A DNA stretch of 63,933 nt, counting the filler, from Choristocarpus tenellus KU-1152 (lineage: Eukaryota > Protista > Phaeophyceae), in NCBI GenBank assembly GCA_964200185.2. It is 13 parts of 13 records of this genome, joined end to end, with 100 filler letters (N's around TTAATTAATTAA, not from the genome) between each part and the next. Parts side by side here need not be neighbours in the genome. Positions count along the whole stretch, not along the records: positions 31,441 to 38,020 come from CAXNAD020007825.1; positions 38,121 to 43,225 come from CAXNAD020011857.1; positions 43,326 to 46,265 come from CAXNAD020023503.1; positions 46,366 to 49,803 come from CAXNAD020020027.1; 9 more parts are not named here. One strand, written 5' to 3'. The notes below the pieces were generated by a model, which was not told the DNA's origin, ran no database searches, and saw nothing but the letters and a program-made list of their open reading frames with translations. A program made the translations under genes and the position numbers. How positions within the stretch are numbered: the first letter of the stretch is position 1; each line of letters starts with the position of its first letter. Shown here one piece after another: positions 36,953 to 48,925 of this stretch.

Positions 36953-39317
36953 TAACTGAGGAGGAATTAATCTACATATTTCAACGTCAAGACTTGGGAT
37001 TCTACACATTCTTTAACATGCTAGCTAGCATACTTTAAAGTGTGCTGATTGTTGAAACCTGATTTCGCACGAGTTGTGCATTGTTGTGATGTGTCTGATT
37101 TATGGCGAAGAGGATCATAGTGCAATAAAGTACTGATGAATTTGTTCTGGTAGGTCTGATGGCTTGTTTTACTCATTCAAACAATATTCGATGTTAAAGC
37201 ATGTTTGGTTGTACCGTGGTTAACACGTTTAGGGGAAAGTGTGTGTCATAGTTCAACAAGACACCTGTGGGTCCGGTCTGGTGCATCTGAAGGTATGTTT
37301 TACTCGATCAGACTATGGTTGTTGTGAAATGTGTACTGGTACGTCTGGCAGCACATTTTACTCAAGCAGACAACGATTAATGGAAAGTGTGTGGTCATTC
37401 ATTGAGACGCCCAAATGAAGAAATTAATCCTCTGTGAAGAGGGTTGTCACCTTGGCTGAGAAGGGTTTCGAAGGATGGTTTTAACTTTGTATATATTGCA
37501 TCCTGGTGTGTCTTTTATACGTGTTGCAGAGTGAGTAGGATGTCTTATGAGGGGGCAATAGTAGTCAAGTAAAAAGTAATGATCAACACATGCCATGCAA
37601 CTCATAACTTCTTGTCTGAAGAAGAAGAAGCAAGGCAAAGAAGAAACAAAGAAGAAATAAGCTTGAATCCCGTATCTAAGGTAACTAATGTGACGTATAG
37701 TATGCCTGTATGAGTGATGGGTAGTGAATGTGTCTCTGCTTCATATCTCTTATAATGTTCTAACCATGATTAAGCAGTTGCATTATAGCGTCACGCTCCA
37801 GAAGCTTACCTCCTCAGGATGTATAGCTCCAATTCACAAGCTACTCCACAGGATGTATAGAAAATGCTGATGCTCGCGTGAGCCTCTCAGGATACTTCAA
37901 CAGTCGAGAGGAGTCCATCGCCATCGCACATCAGGTTCGTCGAATGACAGCTCAGCAGAACAGGGGTACTTTTCTCAGTCAATATCAGTACAGTAGGTAC
38001 ACCGATTTTGTTCACCCATGNNNNNNNNNNNNNNNNNNNNNNNNNNNNNNNNNNNNNNNNNNNNTTAATTAATTAANNNNNNNNNNNNNNNNNNNNNNNN
38101 NNNNNNNNNNNNNNNNNNNNCTGGTGTAGACCCCCCCCCCCCTCCCAGATACTTTGGGTCTCTCCATGGGATTCCCACAACAACTTTTGTAGTATGACAA
38201 ATTCAGGGAAGGCACAAAAGATTGTGGAGCATAGCCTAAGAGCGATATTGCCGGCTGTTGAGAAGAATATAAAATGTAGTGCTCACATACCAAATGCCAC
38301 CAGCGACAATGGTTGACCATCAGAACTCTCTGCTATAGCACCACCTCACAAATCAGCATATGTATCAACACGCAACTTCTTGCTGCCTCACAAAATTTGA
38401 GGAGTTTTCACCCCGCCGCATCTTATCTTGGAAACATACCGTACAACCCTAACCCTAACCCTATCCCAAAGATTTGAAATGTCCGATCTCCTATTTGGTA
38501 TTTCAATGCCTGCAAAATTCTCTGCAGCCAGCCAGATCATCATACCAGTAATCTCTGAGCATCATTTTGATAGTATATTATTTTCACTGTCCAGCCCCAG
38601 GAAGGAAATACTGTTACCATCCTCAAATGAGAAGAAAATATATATTATTTCAATTTAACACTACATTATCTGTGTGTACATGTTTTGAACTAAGTAGTAA
38701 AATTAATTTATGGATATGTATCTAACTGTACTTGCCTTGGGTTTTGTCTTGGGCGCCGGCCTGGAGTTTATGTTGTGGCCCTGAGAAGCCTTGGTTTCCC
38801 TAGGAGGCGGCAGGCACTATAATTGTCACAATGGGGTGGGGAGAGAGGAAGGGGGATAGTGACTTAGAGACCCATTTCTGAGAGCATGCACTTGAATGAG
38901 AGAGAAGGGAGAAGTCAGTTGGTATCTCATTTCGTTATAAAGTACGACTGTGTCGTGTAAGTTGAGGTTGAGGCTAGATGTTCACTGCTGTCTCACAATT
39001 TCGAGCATCTCTATGTCCTTGGTGATATCTGTCACAATTTTGCAACAGAAGGAGGATTTGACAATGTGAAAACAGATGGAAATGTTCCATGCATGTGTGT
39101 GTGTGCGCGCGCGCGCGTGCGTGTGTTCCTTTGGAAGGAATGCTGTGAAGATCAATATTTCTCGGGTACCTTGTTCTGAGGCTTCAACCACAGCAATAGT
39201 ATTTGAACCATGTATGTTGTGTGCGATAAATGTGATTAGCAAAACAATTTACCCGAGTTCAAACTTGAACTGCACGGGTAATTTGCATTCTCAATGCACT
39301 AGTGTAGATTTACTCAC

Positions 39318-40654
39318 AAACTTTTTCTTCAGAACAGTTACGTCTGGGTAGTCCCTGTTGTCCCTAGTGAAGTCAGTGAATCGTGCCTCAATCAGAGCTG
39401 AAAGTTGGCACTCCATTTTCTTGGACTTCAACCCGTATGGTCCATCAAATGGTACCTTGTTGCACATCCAACAAGTGTAGTGATGGTTACACACTGAATG
39501 CCTTCAACAGGAATGGTACAAATAGCCCAAGTAGCACTACCTCATCTCCAATGAGGAGGAAAAATGGAGTTGAACAATGCTGAGCCTGTGCTCTGTAAAA
39601 CAAATAGCAGTAAAAAGCTCGCTACTATAGACATCGTGGTGGAGAGTTCACCCCATACAATAGAAGGGCAAAGTTTGATTCATGATACTGAATCCTTGTC
39701 TGGTCATGGCATTTGACAGAACCAGCTCTGTGAAACCCTGCAATAAGAAGAACAATAAGAATAATGTTGTGTATCAAATCTTGTTGTGAAGGTAGTTATA
39801 GGTACGTCACAATCTACATCCACGTTGTTGATGTATGTACTAGATTTGAATTTGAAGGGGATGCTAATCGATCCCAGATTTTGTTCCATGCTGTGCAGCA
39901 CATCTGAAATCGAGTGCAAGATGATGTTGTATTTGTCAGTTGACTCCGACCAAGCAAATTTGGGTGTCATTGTCTACAAGTCCATCACCTTCTGTGCAAA
40001 GCGTGCAAAGCAATAGCTCAATTGAAGCTCAATAAAACAAGAAAAGTATGACCCAAGAGCAGGAAAGATGTGTCTGCACCTAGTTACGCATACCTTGTCT
40101 CTCTTCCTCCTCCCACCCTCAGTCACCATGGAATAGGGTGGAACAAAGCGGATTTCAGGGTGGGCCTGGAGGGAAGAAGTTTATTGGAGTTGGTGAGGGA
40201 TTGCTGAGGTGTACTTGTTGATCTTGAATTCGTATCAATTTCGCTGTTAATAGCATGTTGATAGCATGCTAATAGCATAAAGGGTTTACTCATTTCGTCC
40301 ATATTCCAACCACAGAGTATGTTCTACGGTGGGATCTTATTGGGATAATCGTTCATGCTTCAAATGCTATTTGAGTCTACTACACAACTAAAAATATGGT
40401 AGAAAGACCTTGCCATTGTATTTATTTCCACCAAAATCTACACTAGTGTGAGCCTGTCTCCAGATACTAGTCGTACCCATCCAGTAGTGCAGGTTATGGT
40501 TAGAAGCAAACGACTACTACACCCACCTGGGCAAAAAGTCTGGCGTCCTTGGCAGTAATGTTGCCATTCTGAATGGCAAGAACGTTGGTCTTCACAAGGT
40601 CACGGTCTGATTTCTTTGCCACCGATGGCTTGGAGACATCCCATGTAGAAATCA
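39318..40654 (-). CDS. Multi-exon hypothetical gene (candidate exons 40527-40654, 40094-40165, 39973 downwards, 39318-39397)
   Basis: Canonical AG/GT boundaries. The first three exons splice in compatible phase: ISTWDVSKP...ARLFAQ|AHPEIRFVPP...KRDK|TMTPKFAWSES... Confidence 0.45.
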
Positions 40655-41052
40655 CTGAGAAAACATTATAGCAACCAATACATGATGGCAAGTGTAGGAG
40701 AACAACAATATGGGCAAATCACTCCTCAATTCCTTCAACGTATCTTCTCTGAATGAGCATGCCGTGATATTCGTCATTGTAGATAATGGGGATCGGCTTG
40801 AACTACCCGTTTCTTGCCCTGCGCAATAGTTTGAAAAACAGAAAGTTTGTAACTGCTGGTTGCCTTCCACTTTGAAGTTGGAGAAAAAATAAAGTTCCTC
40901 TATTTCATTCGATTTAAAAGTACATTCCACAGCTTACCCGCCCCGGCCCCCTCCTCATCCTTGGTAACTAATGCACCATAGATGTGAGCCTCCGGTGGAA
41001 GGTCATAGGTGCTTGTCCGTACCTAAGAAATGAGAGTGTGAGGGAATGAACA

Positions 41053-41290
41053 GAGTCAAAGTATCTTAGAGGGTAGAGCCGTGTCCGTTGGGGGTCAAAA
41101 TCCAAAGTTGTATCATGTTTGTTAGGAAGTGTCAATATCCTTGTTCCGGACACACCATTTCATAATGTATACACTTTACCTACTCCGAAACATTTTGGAG
41201 TAGGAAAATGTCATAAAAAGAGACCATGGGAAGCCAAGCCCCAAATGGACAAACAGGGGAAAACTTGTACCCTCTATGATACTTTCACTC
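41053..41290 (-). mobile_element. MITE family C (internally shortened)
   Basis: GAGTCAAAGTATCTTAGAGGGTA...TACCCTCTATGATACTTTCACTC. Confidence 0.85.
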
Positions 41291-42108
41291 GGAAGCATAC
41301 AAGTAGAGTATCAGAGGCGATGGCTTCAAGCTCTTAAAAATATCGGAACAATGTTCAAGTCAAGCTATTAGCTCCATTCCTTGCTCCTTATGACCTAAGA
41401 CATGGTCCTTTCGAGATATAATACCCTCTTGCCATTCCGAATCACTTGATATGCTGGGCTACCCAGGATTTACACCAGTACAACGCAAGGTTTCCATATC
41501 GTCCCCCTATACAAGGGATACAACCGTCGACAGGCACGGCATGGCAAACGATTAAATTCCCTTACCTTTCCTACAACATCCTTGACCATGGTGGCCTTCT
41601 TTGCAGAAGACATGCTCGTCGTCCTGGATACCATAGAGCGGAGAGTTTCGAAGACCTACAACAGGAGAGATATATGGTGTGGGTCTAACGGTGCCACTCA
41701 CCAAGTTTTTGCACATACTTACAAAAGTACTATGTGTGATAGACCGCACCGACCTGTAAGCATGGAAGTATGATGAAGAGAAGCGCTTGGGTCAGCTAAC
41801 CCTGTACTAATTTTCGCGCGTTTCCCTTATTGTTCCTGTGACGTTGGCCCTGTGCAATACACTTCGTCGATATATCGTTTCTTTGAGATCTGAGACAAGA
41901 TGTTTATGCGACTATGTTACTCCTATCTAACGAGCCTACAAGTGCCTCTATCCCAAGTTTCGTTGAGCAGGGTCTTCCGCCTTCGTAAGAAATTCTTTGG
42001 CTGTAAGCCAATCTAACGGTTGACGGTTACATGTAACGCCTGCAATTGCGGCACAGGAAACCAATTCATTGGAGAATATAGATTAACATTTTTTACTTTT
42101 GACGAGTG

Positions 42109-43139
42109 TTACTTCCTTAGGGATTTTTTCAGACATGTGAATAGTTCTCATCGATTTTCCCGTCGTGGTACACATCTCTAAAATGTCACAGGATATAATA
42201 ATATATACGAATGTATTAGTAATTAGAAGAAAGGATAGAGGTTTATTAGTATATTATTAGTGTTAATCACATTTGTGATATATTTTACTTCTTAGGGTTT
42301 ATGCTGACATATGTATATTTTTCATTCATTGGTTTTCCCCCTGAGACATCTGTAAAATGTCATAGACATAATATTACTTTGTACATAATATGAATATCAA
42401 GGCAAGTTCATGCTTCAAACAGCCCTTTTCTAAGATAAAAGTTAAATTCAAGAAAGAAGTTGTTGCTATAAAGTTTGGTAATTTAGACATAGAGAATCAA
42501 AAAGGTAAATATATATAGGCAGAAAAGATTGGAGCGGCTTTATCAAAAGAGATGATCTAATCACGATTGATACCCGTAATGACTATGAAGTTAAGGTATG
42601 CACTTTTGAAGGTGCAGTTGATCCTAACATTTCTAGTTTTAGAGAACTTCCTAGGTGCATAAAAGATAATATACGTTTCTTTAACGGCAAGAAAGTATCT
42701 ATGTTTTGTACGGTCCGTTTATGGGTTGTGACATACGTGAATATATAAAGTAAATAGGTTTGATCTTATTGAGTACATTAATTTATTTAAATCTTTTGAG
42801 AAATTCTTTTTAACAAGTCACTACTAGTTAGGGTTTTTTAGTTGGTTGTACAACTTAAAAGCAAAATGGACATTTATGTTTTATTCTGCATCAATATCTG
42901 AGATGCCCAAATTAAATCGTTACTTTTATTATAGATAGGCTCTATTCCGACATGTGTATATTTTTTATTCAATGGTTTTGCCCCTTACACATCTGTAAAA
43001 TGTCAGAGGGCACAATAATAATAATATTGTAGGTTTAGTTGGCCGTACTGTATGACGAAGAAAGACTGTTGATGGTGTATATAGTTTTCATTGGTTTCCC
43101 CCCTGACACATCTGCAAAATGTCCGAGGGCATAATAATA
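42109..43139 (-). repeat. Four same-orientation copies of a short repeat (family E; about 65-110 bp here, at 42109-42203, 42267-42373, 42919-43026, 43075-43139) with unrelated spacers
   Basis: Consensus on +: TTACTTCTTAGGG..CTGACATGTG..ATAGTTTTCATTGGTTTTCCCCTGACACATCTGTAAAATGTCAGAGGGCATAATAATA. Confidence 0.8.
42390..42713 (+). pseudogene. trhO: Fragment of bacterial tRNA uridine(34) hydroxylase TrhO/YceA (rhodanese domain), Rickettsiales-like, frameshifted and truncated
   Basis: Manual translation MNIKASSCFKQPFSKIKVKFKKEVVAIKFGNLDIENQKGKYI / (2-nt frameshift near 42515) / KDWSGFIKRDDLITIDTRNDYEVKVCTFEGAVDPNISSFRELPRCIKDNIRFFNGKKVSMFCT. Carries PFxKxKVxxKKExV, IDTRNDYE and MFCT(GGIRCEK) family motifs; AT-rich and intronless. 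Confidence 0.85.
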
Positions 43140-43358
43140 TATGGAAAGGATTAGTTAAATCCAGGCTATGCCAAATTGTTTCGGTGACTACGCAAGTGGC
43201 ATTGTCTCGACGTCTCATGCGCTTCNNNNNNNNNNNNNNNNNNNNNNNNNNNNNNNNNNNNNNNNNNNNTTAATTAATTAANNNNNNNNNNNNNNNNNNN
43301 NNNNNNNNNNNNNNNNNNNNNNNNNATTGAAGCAGTTATGCTTCATGCTAGGGGGGCA

Positions 43359-43662
43359 TGTTACAGGCGATATGTCTTGATAGCGGTTTCATAAACACAA
43401 TTATGACATTGGAGTTCTAGATTTGATATATTTGTACTAATTATTTATTATTTGGTCATTATGGTCTCCGATTGTGATAAGGCATCGTTGATGAGTTCCT
43501 TTCTTACACATACGATGATATTGACGATAATTCAAGTGAGAGATCCAGAATACCTGACGACTTGTGCATCAGGAGTCCTATACGTACATCAGTATCATCT
43601 ATAAGCCCGTAGGTTGGAGCTATACATCCCGTGGAGGTAAGCTTTCGGGGGCACCTGTAACA
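43359..43662 (+). mobile_element. LTR family A (3' LTR preceded by PPT)
   Basis: GCTAGGGGGGCA-TGTTACAGGCG...CCTGTAACA. Confidence 0.85.
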
Positions 43663-46265
43663 AGATGTTTTAGAATGACTAATCAAGTTCACAGTAGAGA
43701 AATGGATTGGTCAGAATCAGAATGGTCCATTTTGGATGTTTGATGAAATCCCTATGCCCGCTGTAGATCAAACCACTGAACCTACACACCCATGGAATCG
43801 CATCGTAGCTGCTCGCACCCTCAGTACTTGGTCAGCAAGAAATAGATCAGTATTGTTTCAAATGGCAAATCCAACAACACGGAAAGTACGTATCAGGAAG
43901 CATCTTGTTATAGGTCACTTAACCCCAATATCTGATCAGATACCAATTACTGTTAGTGCTCTAAATACTGATTCTGCTCCATTCAGTAAAGCTAGAGAGG
44001 AGTTACATCAAGCCTTCAATAAGACAAATGGATTCAAAGATACCATGTTCAATCGGTCACAAGTGTCTCAACTTTTAGACCTTTGTGCTCGTTATAGATC
44101 GGTATTTTCGTTGAATAAAGCAGAACTAGGCAGATGTACTCTAGCTGAAGCAGAAAATCCTATAGAGCCTGGTACCAAACCTGTTGACAGGAACCCTTAC
44201 AGAGCAAACCCCCCTACTCAACAAGTAATTGACTCGTGTGTTAATACTATGGAAGAGCAAGGCAATATTGAAAAACGTGCCAGCCCTTGCGATAGTCCTG
44301 TTGCTATTGTGGCCAAATCTGATTGCTCCCCACGATTTTGTGTGGACTATAGGTCAACTGTTAACAAATACCAGGTTCAAAAGGCTTGGCCTATGCCTGA
44401 TATGGAGTCTCGTATTGATATTGTTGGGGGTGCAAAATGTATCGTCGTTTGTGATATCAGAGTGCATATTGGCAGATTCCTGTTGCTGAGGAAGACATTG
44501 ATAAAACTGCTCTTGTCACGTCCAGAGGCAAATATGCTTTTAAGAGGATGTCCTTTGGGATACCAAATGCTCCTTGGCAATTTCAAAGAATCATATCCTT
44601 AGCCTTTGCGAATTTTGGTCCACTGAGTGGGTTACTAGTTTACATGGATGATCTGATTGTTTGTCCTCCCACATGGGAATGACATCTACAATTACTATAA
44701 CAGAAATTCAAGGCTTTACAAGAGGCAGGTTTACCCTTGAAACCGTCAAAGATCCAATTTGGGCCTAAAGAAGTAGGTTGTTTCCTGGATCACATTTTAT
44801 CATCTGAAGGAATTCGTAGCGGTGAAGATCGTGTTCGTGCAATCACTGAATTACCTAAATCCACCACCATAAAAAAACTTCGATCTGTCCTAGGTATGGT
44901 TAATTTTGTGTGTAAATTCATACCCAACTTAGCCACAGTAATCGAACCGTTACTTTATCTCACTAAAAAAGGTGTCAGTAAGAGAGTGGATAAAGAATGG
45001 GGATTGGACCAGGATGTGACATTTTTTAAACTAAAACACTGCAGCCCCGGTTCTCGTATTCCCTGACTTCACCAGAGAATTCATCGTCCATGTTAATGCC
45101 AGCGTGAGTGGTGCTGGAGGGTTTTTAGCACAACCTCGATCCGATAACCCTGCAGACCTAGGTATCATTGCATACTTCAGCAAGAAATTTAATGAAGCTC
45201 AACGTCACTATTCAGCTACATTAAGAGAGTGTTATGCAGTCGTTACAGCTATCACTCATTGGCGACCGTATCTTTGGCGTAGACACTTTACCTGCATCAC
45301 AGATCATGCCGCATTGTGTTACTTGTGTAGAATACAGGATACCAGTCACATGCTTTCTCCTTGGGCTATTGCTCTTCAAGCTTATGATTTCACAGTCAAT
45401 CACAAGCCCGGTAAGCTCAATGTTATACCTGATACTCTATCTCGTATTTCCAAGTTTGAGGAACAGGAGAAATCCGTTGCTCCAATGCTGGCACCAATCT
45501 GTCGTAATATTGCCTGAAGGTAGTCGTGCATTTACCACACGTGTTCAAAAGGAATATGAGTTACCTGCTTCTAACCTTGACCAAGCAATGCCCTTCCAAA
45601 GTGATCGTGAACTATTTATTTGTTCCACTACCGTGTTTCCGGCAGTAGACCAGGAGCAATTGCGAAAGAAGCAGGAATCCGAGTTCGGACCATATTTCAG
45701 GTATTTGCAGTCCCCAACGTCGCCCCACCTCCTGATAACGAATCAACGACGTCCATGTATTCTTTCCTTCGTAATGGCTTACTGTATCGTTCGTATTTAC
45801 CAGACCATCTTCATAAGAGGAGCATATTTAGAGACCAATTCGTCGTTCCTTACTCGTTAGTCCGTCTTGTACTCCATGCTTGTCATGACCATGCATTTTC
45901 TTGAGGTCACTTAGGTTTCAAACCCATGTTCGATAAGGTTAGAGACTCGTATTGGTGGCCAACATCCAATATCGACGTTCGTACATGGTGTCGTGATTGT
46001 CAAGCATGCCAAACGCATAAGATTGCTCATAAGAAACCTACGCTTCCCACTGGTCTTATGCCCATTGACAGACCATTTCAACGTGTTGCTATTGATTTGG
46101 TAGAGTACAAAGCGCGTTCCCCAGCAGCAAATGGTGTCATGTGCTCGTATGTGTTGTCTGCCATTGATCACCTCACTCGTTTTGTTGTGCTGAGCCCTAT
46201 TCCAAATAAAGAGGCTGCAACAATTGCTCGTACGCTGGTAGAACGTGTATTTTCAATTTTTGGTC
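43663..46265 (+). mobile_element. pol: Ty3/Gypsy pol pseudogene (RT, RNase H, integrase), multiple frameshifts and stops
   Basis: RT motifs SPCDSPVAIVAK, RFCVDYR, RMSFGIPNAP and VYMDD. RNase H motifs IAYFSKK, YSATLRECYAV and TDHAAL. Integrase HHCC (HDH..H..CRDC) and RPFQRVAIDL, IDHLTRF. RT-RH-INT domain order. Confidence 0.95.
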
Positions 46266-46713
46266 NNNNNNNNNNNNNNNNNNNNNNNNNNNNNNNNNNN
46301 NNNNNNNNNTTAATTAATTAANNNNNNNNNNNNNNNNNNNNNNNNNNNNNNNNNNNNNNNNNNNNCCGGTGATTCTCTTCGCCACCCTTGCCTGAGTGAA
46401 CCACGCCGCCACAGAATCACACGATTCACAGAAGTCAACTTTGTTTCATCCTGTCAGTGGAACCACCCTTTCGATTCCACCGATCTTGAAAATCCGTACG
46501 TCACATTTTCAGAAGTTGTAAATCAGATAATTTCCGTTAATTATATTTCTACAAAATACAATTATATCAGGAGTGATTTGTATTTTTGAAGATATCAATC
46601 ACATACTTATTTTATCTTGTATGTTTCCACTTTACAGTAACCAGGTTTGGACAAAAAACAACCTCAGCCCTCTACGTAATTGAAGTACAGAAATTTACCG
46701 AATCGGACATGAT

Positions 46714-47190
46714 GAGTGAAAGTATCTTGGAGGGTACGTTTTTAGCCTTGTTTGTCCGATTGGGGCTTGGCATCACACGTATTTTTTAAAGACATTTTCC
46801 TACTCCGAAATATTTTAGAGTAGGTGTGTATGGAAAAAGGATATTGACACTCCCTAACATACACAACAACCCAAAATTAATCAAAATCGCAACATTGGAA
46901 TTTGCCCCAAACAGACAACAAACAGAGAGCCAAAGTATCTTAGAGGGTAGAGTCGCGTCCGTTTGGAGCCAAAATCCAACATTGAGTTTTGAACATAATT
47001 TTGGTCATCTCGTTTGTTAGGAAGTATCAATGTCCATGTTCTGGAGACAGTTTTTCATAACATTTACATTTTACCTACTGCTCCAAAACGTTTTGGAGTA
47101 GTAGGAAAGTGTCAAAAAGAAACCCACGGGAAGCCAAGCCTCAAATTGAGAAACAGAGCAAAACTCGTACCCTCTAAGATACTTTCACTC
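46714..47190. mobile_element. Two MITE family C copies in opposite orientation (46714-about 46915 truncated; 46927-47190 complete with TSD AGA)
   Basis: TIRs; AGA at 46924-46926 and 47191-47193. Confidence 0.85.
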
Positions 47191-47355
47191 AGACTCGACC
47201 CTAACCTCTAAGATGCTCTGAGTCACATAGCGATTGTCATAAATGTGCAAGTCGATAATAATAGTCACTTTAGATAAACGTTCGCACCACTACTAAGAGC
47301 GTATTCGATATGAGTCACTTTACACGTGCGTTAGGGTTTAAAAAAAAGATGTACT

Positions 47356-48923
47356 AGGGGAAAAACTAATGAAAACTATGCACATAACTGAAAAATCCCT
47401 ACAGAAGTAAGAGTTGTCACAAAAATGAAAATTGTTGATCTATTTCCGATTTTACTACCACAGATCTATGTTGTACTACTGCCTTCCTCTGTCCCAAACC
47501 TATCCCTGTATCCCAGAGTGAGGAGCTAGTGTCATAATGATTCTTCCAACTTGAACTTGTTTGCCATAGGCACAAAAACGTTGTCCACAAAAAGAAGAAG
47601 ACTGTTAATACAGTACAGAATTTATGTATGGGAGGTAACACATCCTTACGATACCCAGCATCTCACCTCCAAAATGTGAGAGGCTATAAATATATATATA
47701 TTATTATGCCTTCTTAACATTTTGGAGATGTTTTAGTGGAAAAATAATATGTCGTAACACACCTGTAAAATGTGAGAGGGCACAATAATAAAAAACTCGT
47801 AGTTATAACCTCAACACCTTCACTATGGAAAGTTTTGGGCGCCTTCGTAAGCAAGCAGAAAATTTTCTAGATAAATTACCTACACACGTGGTAGGGGGGA
47901 GAGGGACAGGAGGCTACAACAGAAAAGGGGCTGCCAAATCCCGTCTACGACAGACAGATAGTTTTTGTCACAACGCAAGTAGCCCTATCCAAACGCGTCA
48001 TACATTTTAACCTGGAGACGCGAGGGAGATGGCAAGGAAGGATTTTTCATATTCGTGGGATGCTTCGCTAGCCCCTCACTCTGGGGTGCAAAAGTAAGTT
48101 AGGTTAGAGGCACAGGAAGGGAACGGTGTAACATAGCTGGTTGTACAATAGTAAATAGATGAATGTCTTTCACAAACAACTGTTGTTACTTTTTAGGGGT
48201 TATTCGACATGTCATGTGAATAGGTTTCATTGTTTTTTCCCCTGACAGATACATTTGCAAAATATCACACGCGCTTTAACCGGCGCGAGCAGTGTACGCG
48301 CGTGGGGAAACCCAAAAGGGGGAACTCCGATTTGCTAAAAAGTTGCAGAATAAAAATCTGTAATTCGGGAAAGTCGCAAGGGTTCCTGGATGGAAAGGTC
48401 GCAAGGGTTCTCAGATATATTCCAATGTCTGTAAACCAAAGAAGCCCCAACGATAAAATTATGATAAGAGATCCTAAAAACGGCCCCAAACAGCTCAGTT
48501 CTTCTGACCTAGAGACCCCACCTATAGCACTCTCTCTTGCTGATATCGGAAAACGTCCATATTTCTTGTGCTAATTGATTTAGTTGAGAGTACCCCTGTT
48601 CTGCTGAGCTGACGTTTGTTAATCTGCGAATTGGAGCTACCCATCCTGTGGAAGTAAGTTTCTGGAGCGTGCCTGTAACAGTTTGTTGGATTCTTGGGAT
48701 GTTTCCCTAGCTCCTCACCCTGCGGTGGTGCAGGAATAGGTAGATTGGAGATGAAGGAAGTCGGTGGTACAAAACATAGATAGTGGTGAAGTAACAAATA
48801 GATAAATATTTTCACATTTGTGGCAACTTTTACTTCTTCAGGGATTTTTCTGACATGCGAATAGTTTTTCCTCGGTTTTTCCCGTGACCCATTTGGTGTA
48901 AAATGTTAGAGTACATAATAATA
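47356..48923. repeat. Second cluster of family E repeats (about 47356-47432, 47655-47695, 47698-47790 palindromic, 48170-48270, 48810-48923)
   Basis: Same consensus as the 42.1-43.1 kb copies, in both orientations. Confidence 0.7.
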
Positions 48924-48925
48924 CA

